A stretch of 64,000 bases of DNA, taken from NCBI GenBank assembly GCA_964187785.1, contig OZ076409.1, forward strand, positions 76,014,001-76,078,000, in the 5' to 3' direction. Every line of letters starts with the position of its first letter. Within the stretch, counting starts at the first letter, position 1. The stretch comes from Amphiscolops sp. MND2022 (Eukaryota). Below, in pieces: positions 11,313 to 22,526 of the stretch. Under the pieces are notes generated by a model. The model did not search any database. It saw nothing but the letters and a program-made list of their open reading frames with translations, and was not told the DNA's origin. A program made the position numbers and the translations under genes.

Positions 11313-14300
11313 TTCAGTTTGCGTGTTTGTCTGATGTGACTGATTTTCGTGTTGTTCGTCTCTCAGAGGTACTCTTATCCTACTCTCATCGCGGGGGGGC
11401 GGTAGAATAATTTCCTCTTGCGTTCCAAATCTGTAGGTGGTCTAAAGTTGTTGTGGTCAGTTTCTACTTGCTGATACTCTATTCTCGTGGTTATTTCTGG
11501 TGGAATTACTTGTGGACTGTGTCGTTCTTGTACCTGCGGAATTATTTCTTCTGAAGGCTCTTCTTCGACTAAGTCTTGATCTAGATTGTCATTCCCATTC
11601 TGATCTACTTCGTCGGTCGTCGGAATATTCGAGTCGAAAATGTCCGTGTCTTCAACCCTTTCAGTGTCTGGGTAGAGATGTTTGGACACGTTGAAATTCC
11701 GGTTTGAACAACCTCAGTCGCATTCTGTGTACGCACTGGGTCTGGTGTGTGCCTACTTTGCGAATGATGTAGTTGCTATCGGATAGCACTTTCATCACCT
11801 TGTACGGTCCTTTCCAATGGAAGTTTTAAACTCTTCTTTGCTTCTCTGAGAGTCGTACTTAGGATCTAGTAGGAACACAAATTCATTCACCTTCAGTGGC
11901 TGTGCTCGTGCTTTTCTATCATAGTACATTTTGTACTTGTGATAGGCGGAAATGATGTTATCTAGATTGTCTCTGAATATGAAGTTCATTTTGTCTAGAA
12001 TTTCGTTCACGTCCTTGCACTTTGTTTCAGCCGGCTTGTTTGCGTTTCGGAATTGCAGATCTAGTGGGTTGTATGGTGTTCTTCCGTGGAAAATTTCAGT
12101 TGGTGAACATTTCAGTGAATCATGATACGTTGTGTTATGGGCCATAATTGCTATGTCGACATAGCGGTCCCATTGTGGTCTGTCTGCGTTTACACTAATT
12201 TTAAGGATCTTTTTCAGTTTCGCGTGCGTTCTCTCCACCATGCCTATTGTCTGTGCGTGCTTTATCGTGGCATGGGAGATGTGAATATCAGCCGCTTTCG
12301 CGATTTCAGACAGAAGTTCAGCCGTAAACGCCGTGCCCTTGTCCGTCAGAATGTGCTTGGGCACATACGCGTGTTTCGTGAAGATCGACAGTAATCCTCT
12401 GACTACGGAATGTGTGTCAGGTCTCTTCAGCGGAACGGCGAACAGGTAGCGCGAAAAAACGTCAACAGCCGTCAGAATGTGTGTAAAACCGTTCGACGCC
12501 GGGAGTGGACCAACGATGTCTATTTCCAACAGGTCTTCTGGTCCGTCGCACGGGTCGTAGATTTTTTGTAACGGTGGACGTAGCTGCGTTTCTTTTACAC
12601 TTTTAGATTTCATGCAGTTTTCACATCCGTCAAGGACTTTTTTGAACTTTACATGCTAAGTTAGGAGAGTAATATCTTTTACGAAGTTCGTACAACATTT
12701 TCTTTAAACCAGGGTGTCCTTGTACCGGGCTGTTATGTAGAGTCCTAATTATTTTCAAAATACAGTCTTCAGGAACAACTAACTGCTTGTGAGACTCCAG
12801 TCCCGTGTGATCAAAAAACTGTCTGTACAAGACACCGTTTACAACTTGTAGGCGTTTTCGATTTTTGTGCAACTTTTGAAAAAACTGATCTTGCATATTA
12901 ACTGGGTGTTGCAAAATTTCAGTACCTTCTAAAAATTTAATCATGTTTTGAATAACCCAGTTATTTTTCTGGACCTGAATTAGATCGATCCCCTCAGCGG
13001 GGCTAACCTGACTCATCACCGGGTGTGATAATGATACTTTACGGATGAATTGCGAGAGTTGAATCGGCTCGTCCACGTCTGTGAGGCGGTACGTCAGCTG
13101 GTTGTCAGTCGCGAAGTCATCTGAGGCCGCTGTTCTCTCACAGTTGGTGAACTTCATCCCTTTCCCATCGTCATGAGCCACGTCAGTGCCAGTTGCCAAT
13201 TTCATCTCTTTGACATCCTTCTGGCGTTTGCATCTGAGTGGTTCGCTCGTGGGAAAGTAATCAGGCTCGTCTTCCTCCTGTTTTGGTGTACGGGAGGCGA
13301 TGTCGATCTCGATTCTGTGAATTGGAATGGTATCAGTCAATTTTAAATGTACACGGTCTTCAGGTCTAATCTCAAGCCGAGATAAGTAATCCGCTGCGGG
13401 ATTTTCAACTCCTGGAACATGTGCTAATAGAAAATTGAACTGAAGGGTTTGATCGCAAAAATTCCAAAGTGAAGGCGGGATATGCTTCGCCTGAAAAAAT
13501 CTAGTCAAGGCCTTATTGTCAGTCATAACGATGATGGGTTTTTTCGCACCCCACAAAATGTGGCCAAATTCATCGAAGGCAAAGTGCATAGCTAAAAACT
13601 CTTTGGCATACATTGTTAGAGACATCTGGCCGCCCTGAAATTTCTTAGAGCCAAATGCAACAGGGGCGTATGTTTGTTTGACTGACGGGTCAGCATAATC
13701 CTCAATTAACAAAACATAGCCGGCAGCGTGTTCGCTGGCGTCACACATGATTACCAAATGTTTTTCAGGTAATGGCAATTTCAGAGACACTTTTGTTGCT
13801 TTTAACAAACTTTCATTGATTTCAAAAATAGCATCTTTATGTTGTTGGCTCAGCTTGAAAGGGACGTCCTTCTTTATCAAATTCCTGTAAACAACAAGTT
13901 TTATCAGCTAGGCGGGGAATATAAGACCTGTAAAAGTTTACAAAACCAAGATAACGTTGCAACGCTTTCACTGAATTGGGGGGTTTCAACTTGGTTAAGT
14001 AATCTGTTACGCGTTTTTCAATGGGAGCAATACCGGTGCTAGAAATGGTTTTTCCCAAGTACTCAATTTGTTTTTGTCCAAATTCACATTTACTCATGCT
14101 AAGTTTAAGACCAGCTTTGTTCAACTGCTGAAAAACAAGTTCAAGGTTATTGATCAGTTCGTCAGGGGTGTGTGCTGCAATTCCAATGTCATCAACATAT
14201 TGAGCACACCGGTCCGCTTTGACCAAGGGGTCCAAATACTCAGGGACTACACTTGTGAATGCTGACAAAGAACGATTAAGACCCTGTGCTAGACGTAAAA

Positions 14301-16197
14301 AGGCAAAAGTTCTAGAACCAAAGTTAAATGATAACAGTTGGACAGACTGCTCATCGGCCATTGGGATGCAATGGTAGGCCTGGGAACAATCAAGTTTACA
14401 GAAGTACTTTTTCCCGGCCATGTGTTGGGCAGCGTCAGCAATTGTTGTTACGGGATGGTTGTGTGCACCGTAATCGTTTTTGATCAAGTGGTTTATTCTT
14501 CTCAAGTCAACTAAAATCCTCAATTTACCATTAGGTTTACGTTGAGCAAATATCGGGGATGAGTATTTGCTATGAGGCAAAGTAGTTATGATCCCGTACT
14601 CTTGCATTAAGGCTAACTCCACGAGCAAATCGTCCTTCAAATTTGTCGGAGTAGGGAGACTTTGTGAATAAACAGGTTCTTCATGTTGGGGTGTTAGCTT
14701 AACTTTAAAATCAGTGTTCATGCCAATATCAAAACGATGTCTAGCAAAAATGGAGTTGTACTTTACCAGCAACTCCTCTACCTGTAACCGTTGAGATGGA
14801 GTAAGAAGCGAGTCGTCCCAGTTGAAGTTCTTCAGGAAGTTCATCCGTTGTTCATCGGATTGGGACGGGTCAAGCTTCTCGAGCTCTCGCAGTGCCAGAA
14901 TCTCATCATAGATTCGTCGCTCGATTGCGTTGAGTTTGTCTGGCTCACTGCACGTCTCGGGAGTTGGGTACCACTTAGTTGACTTCATTTCAGGGTTCAC
15001 GAACAGTTGGTTGATCACTGCTTCCGCCTCATCTGGGTACTTGGTGATCAGGTTCAAGTGTTCGACTGGCATGGGTGTGATGTTTGCCGCCTGATGTGGT
15101 GTCGGTATGCGAAAGTGTGCCAGAGTGCTGTTGGCATCAAGTGTGAACGTGTGGTTGTTGGGGTTGGTGACCTGGATTGTCGTCTTGCCCTCGTCTAGGT
15201 CAACCAAAGCTGGGGAAACAAGCAATTACGTCTTTCGCATGAATCCAGGTGAGCCCTCAACTGTACAGTTGTAAGTGAGATGTCCGCGTCACTGTGGACC
15301 TGTATCATCACTTGATGGAGAGGAGGGATCACTGTTCTATTACTGGAACACAAATCAATTAAACCAGTTTTGAATCTGTTGTTCTTTTGCTGTCTAAATT
15401 GCATGGACATCATGTGATTAGGGAAGTGGACAAGGTGGTTTTTTATGTCTAAGTTGACTGAGTACTTTTCGAAGAATGACATTCCAATTAAAATTGTGCC
15501 CATTGTTGGAAAGATTAGGAACGTTTCTTCAAAAACTTTTCCAGCAACGTAAAATCTAAGTAAGACTTGCTTACGCACTGGGACTAAGTTCCCGTTTGCT
15601 ATTTGAATTTTGAAATTCGGAGGGGGGAGTTCTTGAAGGATGGCTTCTGGATGAGCCGTTGTTATTTTTCGCAATTCTGCTTAAGACATTGCGCTTTGAA
15701 TTGCGCCTGTGTCTAACAGTGCATGGTTTTCGTATTTATCAAACTGAAGAGGGACGTACAGCATTTTATCTTTCTTGTTTAAATGTAAAGTGGGACTAAG
15801 AACGTGAATTTCTGTTTTAGTTGCATGTTTGTTATCTTTTGAAATGTTAATACTACTATGTTTTGCATGTTTTTTAATACTAAGCCGTTTGTCGATTGTT
15901 GAGTATGAAGTCGAGTCGTCGTCTAGATGGTTGGTGTCCATCTCTTTGGCATCGTCCACCTGCCTCATGGTGTTTTGTTGCCAGTTCATCGTTTGTTCAT
16001 CGTTGATTTCAGCGAGTGGAGAAAAGCGGCTGCCGTTGCGTTGACGTGCATTTCCCATCGCTTTTTCATCGTTGGAAAGTCTTCGCTGATAGACGTCGTC
16101 AGCTTTTGGTCGTTTGTCCAGTGAAGGCTGCCATTTCTTTTTGGACGGTTGTGTGTAGTCGGTTGAGTCGAAAGTCGTTTGTCGCGCGTTGTATTTC
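11143..16197 (-). pseudogene. pol: Pol polyprotein (protease, RT, RNase H, integrase), disrupted by a stop and several frameshifts
   Basis: Protease LLDTGA (15681-16058, premature TAA). RT with LDCSQAY, LAQGL and YVDD (13837-15225). RNase H MCDAS...TDNK...AADYLSR (12630-13880). Integrase HH-CC, then D-D-E (IDIVGP, TDKG, VER; 11795-12613). GPYKV motif near 11780. The tail ends at a TAA near 11143. Confidence 0.92.
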
Positions 16198-16220
16198 TAG
16201 CGGGCAAAATCGTGGCTGAA

Positions 16221-17648
16221 TCAAAAACCCTGGTTAATGTCTTCATCAGAGTAGCTTAGTTGTTCGTCGTCCTCAGTAATTGCTTGCATTGGATTCATCG
16301 GCTTTTGCTGTCGTTTTAAATCTTGTCGTCTAGCCTTGTTGTCGTCCTGTGAATTCGTTGTGTATGGAATCTTTCCATATGCAGAGCTGCTTTCCTTGGG
16401 AATGCGTCGTCTGCAGTCTCTTGCAGAGTGGCCGGTGTATCCACAAATCTGGCAAACCAGCTTGGGATTGTATTTCGGTTTGTCTGGGTCGGTTGCTTTC
16501 TTCATCGGAATTGCATCTTCTTTCTTAATACCGTTTGCTTCGTCACGTTGTCGGGCGCGACATTCTGTTTTGCGGTGACCTGTCTTTCCGCAGTAGAAGC
16601 ATTGTCCCTCAAATCGTTTTCGTTCTGTCGGTTGCGTTGTCGTTGTTGTTGCTGGTTTAATCGTTGTGTTGGTCGTTGGGATCGAGGAGGTGACTGCGTT
16701 AAATGGTTGAATTGCCCTAGGTGGCGCAACGTACTGTTGGTACTGGTACTTTCTCATCAAGTATGTCTTGATTTCTTCTGGTGAGCTCTCCTCCTTATTG
16801 GCCATCGTGAGTTCTTGTTGTATTTCGACTGGGAGTTTACCGAACAAGAACATTTTGATGATTTTATCCGCTTCTTCCCCAAATGCTTGTTTCGCAGTCT
16901 TTTTCAAGTTTTTGAGGAAGTCGCTGAATGTTTTTGTGGTGGGATCGTAACGGGCTTGATCCCATTTGTATCGAGCTACTTCTTTAAGGTCCTCTTTCGC
17001 GAATTCTTTCCTGAAGAGGTCGAGCACATCTTTCAGCGTTGTTAATGGCGTTATCTGGATGGATTGCCAGTACTCTTTTGCATCATCTCTCAAAAGGCTT
17101 TGAAAGAAGTGGAGTTTGTTCTCTTCGGTGATTTTGTTGGCGAGCGGGCTAAGGTGGTTGAGGAGAAGGTGCTCGAATTCCACGAATTTGTCTTTTTGGC
17201 CTCTGAAATTTGGGACGTGTGTCTGTAGTAGTTTCGTGTTGGTGGTGGTGCTTTTGATTCGTTGGGGGATCGTCTCGATTGCATTGAGTAGTCGTTCCTC
17301 ATTGCTTCTAGGAGTTGATTCACCTTCTTCGTCCGAGTCGTCTTCTTGGTATCTCCTGAAGTTTGTGAAGCTGGGTGTCGGGCGGGTGGAGCGGGTTTCT
17401 GTAACTCCTGTCACCATGTCTAACCCAACTCTGTGGGCCGGCTTTGAAGAACTTTGCGATGACGAAGGTAAGTTATTTTCGTCACTTTTACTAATAACTG
17501 CCATTAATAAGTTCTTCAGTTGACTAAACTCGCTTTGTAACTCATTTATCTTCTTTTCATAGTTCTCCCTTATTTCAGACAACTGGGACGAGATATCTGA
17601 AGCTTCGTTGTTGTCAGAGTCATTGGCGGACGACTGAGCCATGTCTGG
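16221..17648 (-). CDS. gag: Gag (start lies within the LTR/gap)
   Basis: Open frame with a coiled coil, a capsid-like region and two CX2CX4HX4C knuckles (CFYCGKTGHRKTEC, CQICGYTGHSARDC). The N-terminus MNPDQGTELRSG is readable in the 3' LTR copy at 1323. Confidence 0.9.
   Translation of the reverse strand, partial: PDMAQSSANDSDNNEASDISSQLSEIRENYEKKINELQSEFSQLKNLLMAVISKSDENNLPSSSQSSSKPAHRVGLDMVTGVTETRSTRPTPSFTNFRRYQEDDSDEEGESTPRSNEERLLNAIETIPQRIKSTTTNTKLLQTHVPNFRGQKDKFVEFEHLLLNHLSPLANKITEENKLHFFQSLLRDDAKEYWQSIQITPLTTLKDVLDLFRKEFAKEDLKEVARYKWDQARYDPTTKTFSDFLKNLKKTAKQAFGEEADKIIKMFLFGKLPVEIQQELTMANKEESSPEEIKTYLMRKYQYQQYVAPPRAIQPFNAVTSSIPTTNTTIKPATTTTTQPTERKRFEGQCFYCGKTGHRKTECRARQRDEANGIKKEDAIPMKKATDPDKPKYNPKLVCQICGYTGHSARDCRRRIPKESSSAYGKIPYTTNSQDDNKARRQDLKRQQKPMNPMQAITEDDEQLSYSDEDINQGF
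17404..17416 (-). promoter_or_regulatory. Primer binding site TGGTGACAGGAGT (probably tRNA-Leu)
   Basis: Starts with TGG immediately after the LTR CA. It is one mismatch from TGGTGTCAGGAGT, the complement of a tRNA-Leu(CAG)-type 3' end; the tRNA identity is an inference. Confidence 0.65.
17417..17648 (-). repeat. 5' LTR, partial (3' part only; the rest is lost in the N gap)
   Basis: Near-identical to 1014-1245. On the minus strand it ends ...GGGTTAGACA and is followed directly by TGG. Confidence 0.85.
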
Positions 17649-17848
17649 NNNNNNNNNNNNNNNNNNNNNNNNNNNNNNNNNNNNNNNNNNNNNNNNNNNN
17701 NNNNNNNNNNNNNNNNNNNNNNNNNNNNNNNNNNNNNNNNNNNNNNNNNNNNNNNNNNNNNNNNNNNNNNNNNNNNNNNNNNNNNNNNNNNNNNNNNNNN
17801 NNNNNNNNNNNNNNNNNNNNNNNNNNNNNNNNNNNNNNNNNNNNNNNN
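17649..17848. other. Assembly gap (200 N)
   Basis: Run of N. Sequence after the gap does not continue the LTR, so the two sides may not be truly adjacent. Confidence 0.98.
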
Positions 17849-18411
17849 GTTTTGCCAGTACCCCATATTCTCTAGCACAGTTTTTTCTCAACAATGCCTT
17901 GGTACCTAGATTGGTTTGAATGGCACACGCATTAGGAAAAGTGAATATGTCTCCAAAACTGAGAAAAATGAGTTTTTTGCACAAAATATGGTTATTTTTT
18001 TCTAAATTTCCGTTTTTGGCGAAATCCAGTTTTCTCAAAAAATCTTGACCCGTAGCAAAAATCAACCCCATACACTTGCACAACAAGTTCTTACGCAACA
18101 AACCCCTATAATATTCTGTTGTTACTACAAGCCCCTGCGCAACTTTGGTCGCTTTTTGATCGCTTTTTACGCTATAAGAGATTTTTACGCTATATATAAG
18201 CGGCGGTACCGGAAAAAGAGTCTAAAATTCTGAAGGAAGGGGCGCGCGGCGACAGGGTCTCAGCTGACCAAAATGAAAGCCCAATATCAGAGCTTTCAAA
18301 CGCGCTACAGTTCGTTTCTCTGGTACGCGTAGTTGTGGAGATATTGATGATTTGAATTTTTAATCAAATTTTTCAAAAATTTGCAAAATCGCTTGGGTCA
18401 ATTAGGGTTAA
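17849..18411. mobile_element. Possible end of a non-autonomous TTAA-type (piggyBac-like) DNA transposon
   Basis: Ends in AGGG+TTAA at 18404-18411 and is non-coding. The other end would lie in the gap, so no TIR pair is verifiable. Confidence 0.25.
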
Positions 18412-20512
18412 CGTCTATTGGAATAGTTTTTTGTTTGAACAAAACATTTTTCACATATTTGACTATAATTATGTTCGTATTAAGTGTTTATTGTGACTCA
18501 AAACAAGAAGCTGTTGATTTCTCTACCCTGAATCCATGACTTCATCAGGAAAATAGTGTGAACAAAGTTAGTATCTCAATTCTAAACTGTCAAACTTTAA
18601 AATTGAAGGTTTCTGGTTTGTTTTCAAGTCTTTTTGTTATAATATTTCCACTAATTTTTCAAAAAAAATGGTAGTTTTGGTTGGCAGAAAGGAGCTTAAG
18701 TTAAAAATGTCTCAGTTCTTCGGCCTTCGACAGATGCAAAGAATGGCAATTACGTCATCAAGAAATGAGAATTACGTCATGATGATCGTCATTTGACAGG
18801 CACGTGATTTGATAACGAGAACAAACACGAGCGAGTAATGGACCCGCCCGCTGCTGCACACAACCAACCGAAGCACGACAAGATGGCTGCACAATCGCTG
18901 CATATAAGGGCGATCTGCATAGATGTACTTGGATGTGCATGGATGTTGCTTCATGGATCTGCAGTCAAAAGAGACACAAAACAACAAAGTATATCATCGA
19001 TCGATATCAGTCGCCTTGAAACGATAGATACTTTGATACAAATTGGCGGCGGCGGCGGCAGTTTCCTGATGGTGGTTTTATTCAACCGAGGATCAGATTT
19101 CATTGGCCTGTTTGAAAGATGAGATACGTTCAAAATTCGTTGTTCAAAGAGACAAGAGAGTTGTCATGATGAATGATGAGATGTTTTGGTCAATGTTGTG
19201 AAACGGTGGACCACATACATTGCCAATAGTTTCTGCTTCTTTTACTCAACAACACAAATTCAAAGCCAAATATTGTTGACTAAACAACAAAGCCAAGAAC
19301 TATAGAAACCAAATAAAGGGACACATCGCCAAACCAAACGACACACCATCGACCCAAGAGACATCTTTCAAACTCAACCAGTGTTGGACAATTGCCGAGT
19401 CAGCTTTTGTACAATTTCAAACTTTTTTTCCAATTTTTCGAAAGGAAACATCTTCAATTTTTGACCGCGTGTTTTAAAAATACCAAAACAAGATTCGAAA
19501 CGACTACTTGAAAACATTTCTCTGATTCAATGATAGTGTTTCGAGCATTTCCCAGAAAAAAACTGCGCAGAACATTAGAAATGGTTAGTCCAGAAAACAA
19601 GATCGGAATTCAAAAATTGTTTTTGAAAAATCACGGAAAAAGGCAAATATATCAAAATGGGAAATTTTTGGGCCGTTTTCGCTCCAATGAGATTTCAAGA
19701 TCACGAAGTATTGGAAAACAAGTGACCCTTTTGAGAAATTCTCACAATGCCGAAAAATCAAAGGGGTAAAATCAATCAATTAAAGGTAACCAAAGGGGGA
19801 CCATTTGACCATTTGGATGCTTTCTTGATATTTTGACAGAGAATTGTAAAAAAGAACTTCCATTGGGAGTTCAGCCATCCGACAAAAAAAAGAGAAATAG
19901 TCAACGAACTTTTTTAGAAAATCAAGTTGAAAAACAAAAAAAAACGATTGTTCAACACTGCGCTGCCCATCCAAACAGCTTTGTTGATGTTTAACCAAGA
20001 AACGAAGAAGTTAAGGTTTTTATGAAAATGCAGAGACCACTGTCGACATTCGTGAAAAAAACGTGGCAAGATACTTCTAGACTGTGGGAGATTCTGAGGA
20101 TAGAAAATATCAGTATCCTGCCAGACTTGAGTCTCAACAGGGGCCGAAACAGTTTCGTGTCTCTCACCCTATCCGACATCCAGTACAACACGGGTCTAGC
20201 TCAATTAGACGACCGCTCAACTAACTGATTGATCAATTGGAAGACTATCAGCTGCTTCTAAGATATGGGGACTGTTCAATTCGTCGAACATTCAATTCGT
20301 CGAACACGTATTAATTTAGCGAGTATGGTATGACGTAATGGAATGAATTGATTTCAGCCAATCAAGTTCAAGCATTCAAAATTACGATAACGTAGTCAGC
20401 TATGTCCACATACTCCTAGTGCCCTAAATGCAATAGCGAAGCGAAGCGGAGCGACGTGCCATATGGCCATGCCTCATTATTGCTACTTGCCGAAGGAAGG
20501 GAGCGGAGCGAC

Positions 20513-22526
20513 CCAGGACTGCGGGCGTCGGGTTAAAGGTATTTGGCATACGTCGTCGAAGGGCATGCCTCGGCATGCCCACAGACGATGGGCGTTGATG
20601 TATGCTATGGGGCGTCGGTTGAAGTTTGAGCAACGGTAAGGTGCGGTTTCAGCTTCAAATATTTAAACGAAGCAAGGTTGTCTACGATTTTTAGTATTGT
20701 TACTAAGGTTCATCCAAGAAAATTGGTTCGATAAAGTGTTTTCAGAGTATTTAGACCACATTAAAAGAGATTAAAAAAAGCATTTCCGACAAATATTCAG
20801 GAAACTCATATCCTAATAACGAAAACTAGACATAGTTTTAGTGCTTGGTATACTCTTGTTGATACTCTAATTGACACTAAAGCATTACAAATGTACCCAA
20901 AAACTTCTTTGTTGCATGAGTCTTGAAGGATAGCCTTTCCAAGTTGACACAAGGCCAACTTGAAAGGCTATCATATTATAACGGTTATGTTTTTTGAGGT
21001 TTTGGTGTTCCACAAACTACTATGAAAAAATTTAAACTCTTCAAAAATGGTCCTTATTAGCCTACAATAGAGATTTATTACACAAAAGTACGTTCTGACA
21101 CATTTTAAAACCCGAAAAACATACTCAGACCCAACGTGTTGGACTTCCGGGGCAATATACCGTTACCCCCCACCATGTAATTGGACTATATTCACCTCTG
21201 GAAGAAATTGAAACACCTAACATGTACTTTATTCGGTTAAATAACAAACATTTTTAATCAAAAAACACAAAATGTTACATTTTTTTGGTCATTTCCGTGG
21301 CCAGGGGGACTTCCGGGTCATCATAACGGTTAATCCGGAATGCTCGTCACACTTCACGTCTTCCATCATATGGTGTCCAAAGTCATATTACCCCTCCTTC
21401 CTGCCCGAAATGGCCTTCAAAAACTATAAAAATCCCATTTTTCACTACATAACGGTCATTTCCGACCTAACGGGCCAACAGGGTGTGACTGAAACTAAAT
21501 CCCCCAACTCGTCTCAATGAGTACTACAATATGTTACCTAACGTTGCCACGCTGGGACCGACACTTTGGGCTCAAAAAGTGACATTTCCGGTCACATAGC
21601 GGTTAGGCTGGGGGCCAAGTCCGTAACGGTGATAGATAGCGGAAATCTGTTCGCCCCCCTGAAGGCACCATATCATGGGTATGAAACCTTGTAGTAGTGA
21701 AGGACACGATAGCTCCACGCGTTCACGAGTTAATTTCACTTCAATGCCCGTTTTACGGTTTTACCCCCAAAAAAAGGAGGCAGTCACCCCATTAGCGGCT
21801 AACGGGTCCGTTCAAAGGGTCCCAAACCACATGTTTCCAATAGGTCCTTGTCTAAACGTACTTTTGATATAAGGCACCCGACGCGCTACTACCACTCCTT
21901 CACACCGGAAATAACGGGGAAAATTGGCGGGGGCCACATTTAAAACCCACATAACGGTCATTTCCCGTCCGAGGGGTTAACCGGGGTCATTAAATTACAT
22001 GTCCCCCACTACGTCCCCAGATGCTCTACAAAACATTACCAGACGACCCCGCACTCAGACAACTCCTTCCCGGTCAAAAAGTGCAATTTCCGGTAAAATA
22101 GCGGTTTGAAACCCCCAAACTACCGTTAATATCTCCCCAAGTTTCAGTCCGATATGGACCAAAATTTGTGTACGTACGCTTCTTGACGTGCCCAACAATA
22201 AATCAGCAAGGCGTTACTGCGCTGGACCAACCAGTCCCGAGTAATTGGCTGTGAAATGCAAAATTTTCAAAAAAACGCTATTTTTTACCCCAAAAACCGT
22301 TATATTGACCCACTTTTCGATTTTTGCCGGGAAAACGTCAGTAGTAAATGTTTCTTAGAATTGTTATAGGAAGCCGTGTGCCAAATTTCAGCCGAATCGT
22401 ACGGCTAGTTTTCGAGATCGCATTTTTTTGACCCGGTCGCGGATAGGCTATTTTTGGTATCTAAGGCTCGCGACAGGACCCGTCTCCCGCGCTCGCAAAT
22501 AAAGGTGGGGAGAAAACCCCGACCAC
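20513..22526. repeat. Array unit 1, divergent family-A variant (2014 bp)
   Basis: Shares the GGGCATGCC core, the GATAGCC stem-loop and internal TAACGG/TTCCGG subrepeats with the ~1.97-kb units, but has a different right end. Confidence 0.8.
20561..20580. promoter_or_regulatory. GGGCATGCCTCGGCATGCCC palindrome matching a p53-family response element (first of 21 copies)
   Basis: Two adjacent RRRCWWGYYY decamers with zero spacer (19/20 match). Present near the start of 21 of the 24 units; function is inferred only. Confidence 0.45.

Larger units (their letters stand above)
1014..17648 (-). mobile_element. Large Ty3/Gypsy LTR retrotransposon (5' LTR runs into the assembly gap)
   Basis: Domain order gag-PR-RT-RH-IN on the minus strand. 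1014-1245 matches 17417-17648 (2 mismatches seen in 232 bp), and both copies end in CA on the minus strand. A PBS is adjacent at 17404-17416. Confidence 0.9.

Noticed and set aside
17849..18101. N-terminal extension of the 626-aa gag ORF
   Set aside because: Artefact of translating through the N gap; the real N-terminus is visible in the 3' LTR copy.
18412..20266. Short ORFs, a (GGC)n tract and TTACGTCA repeats
   Set aside because: No coherent gene model or paired termini could be supported.
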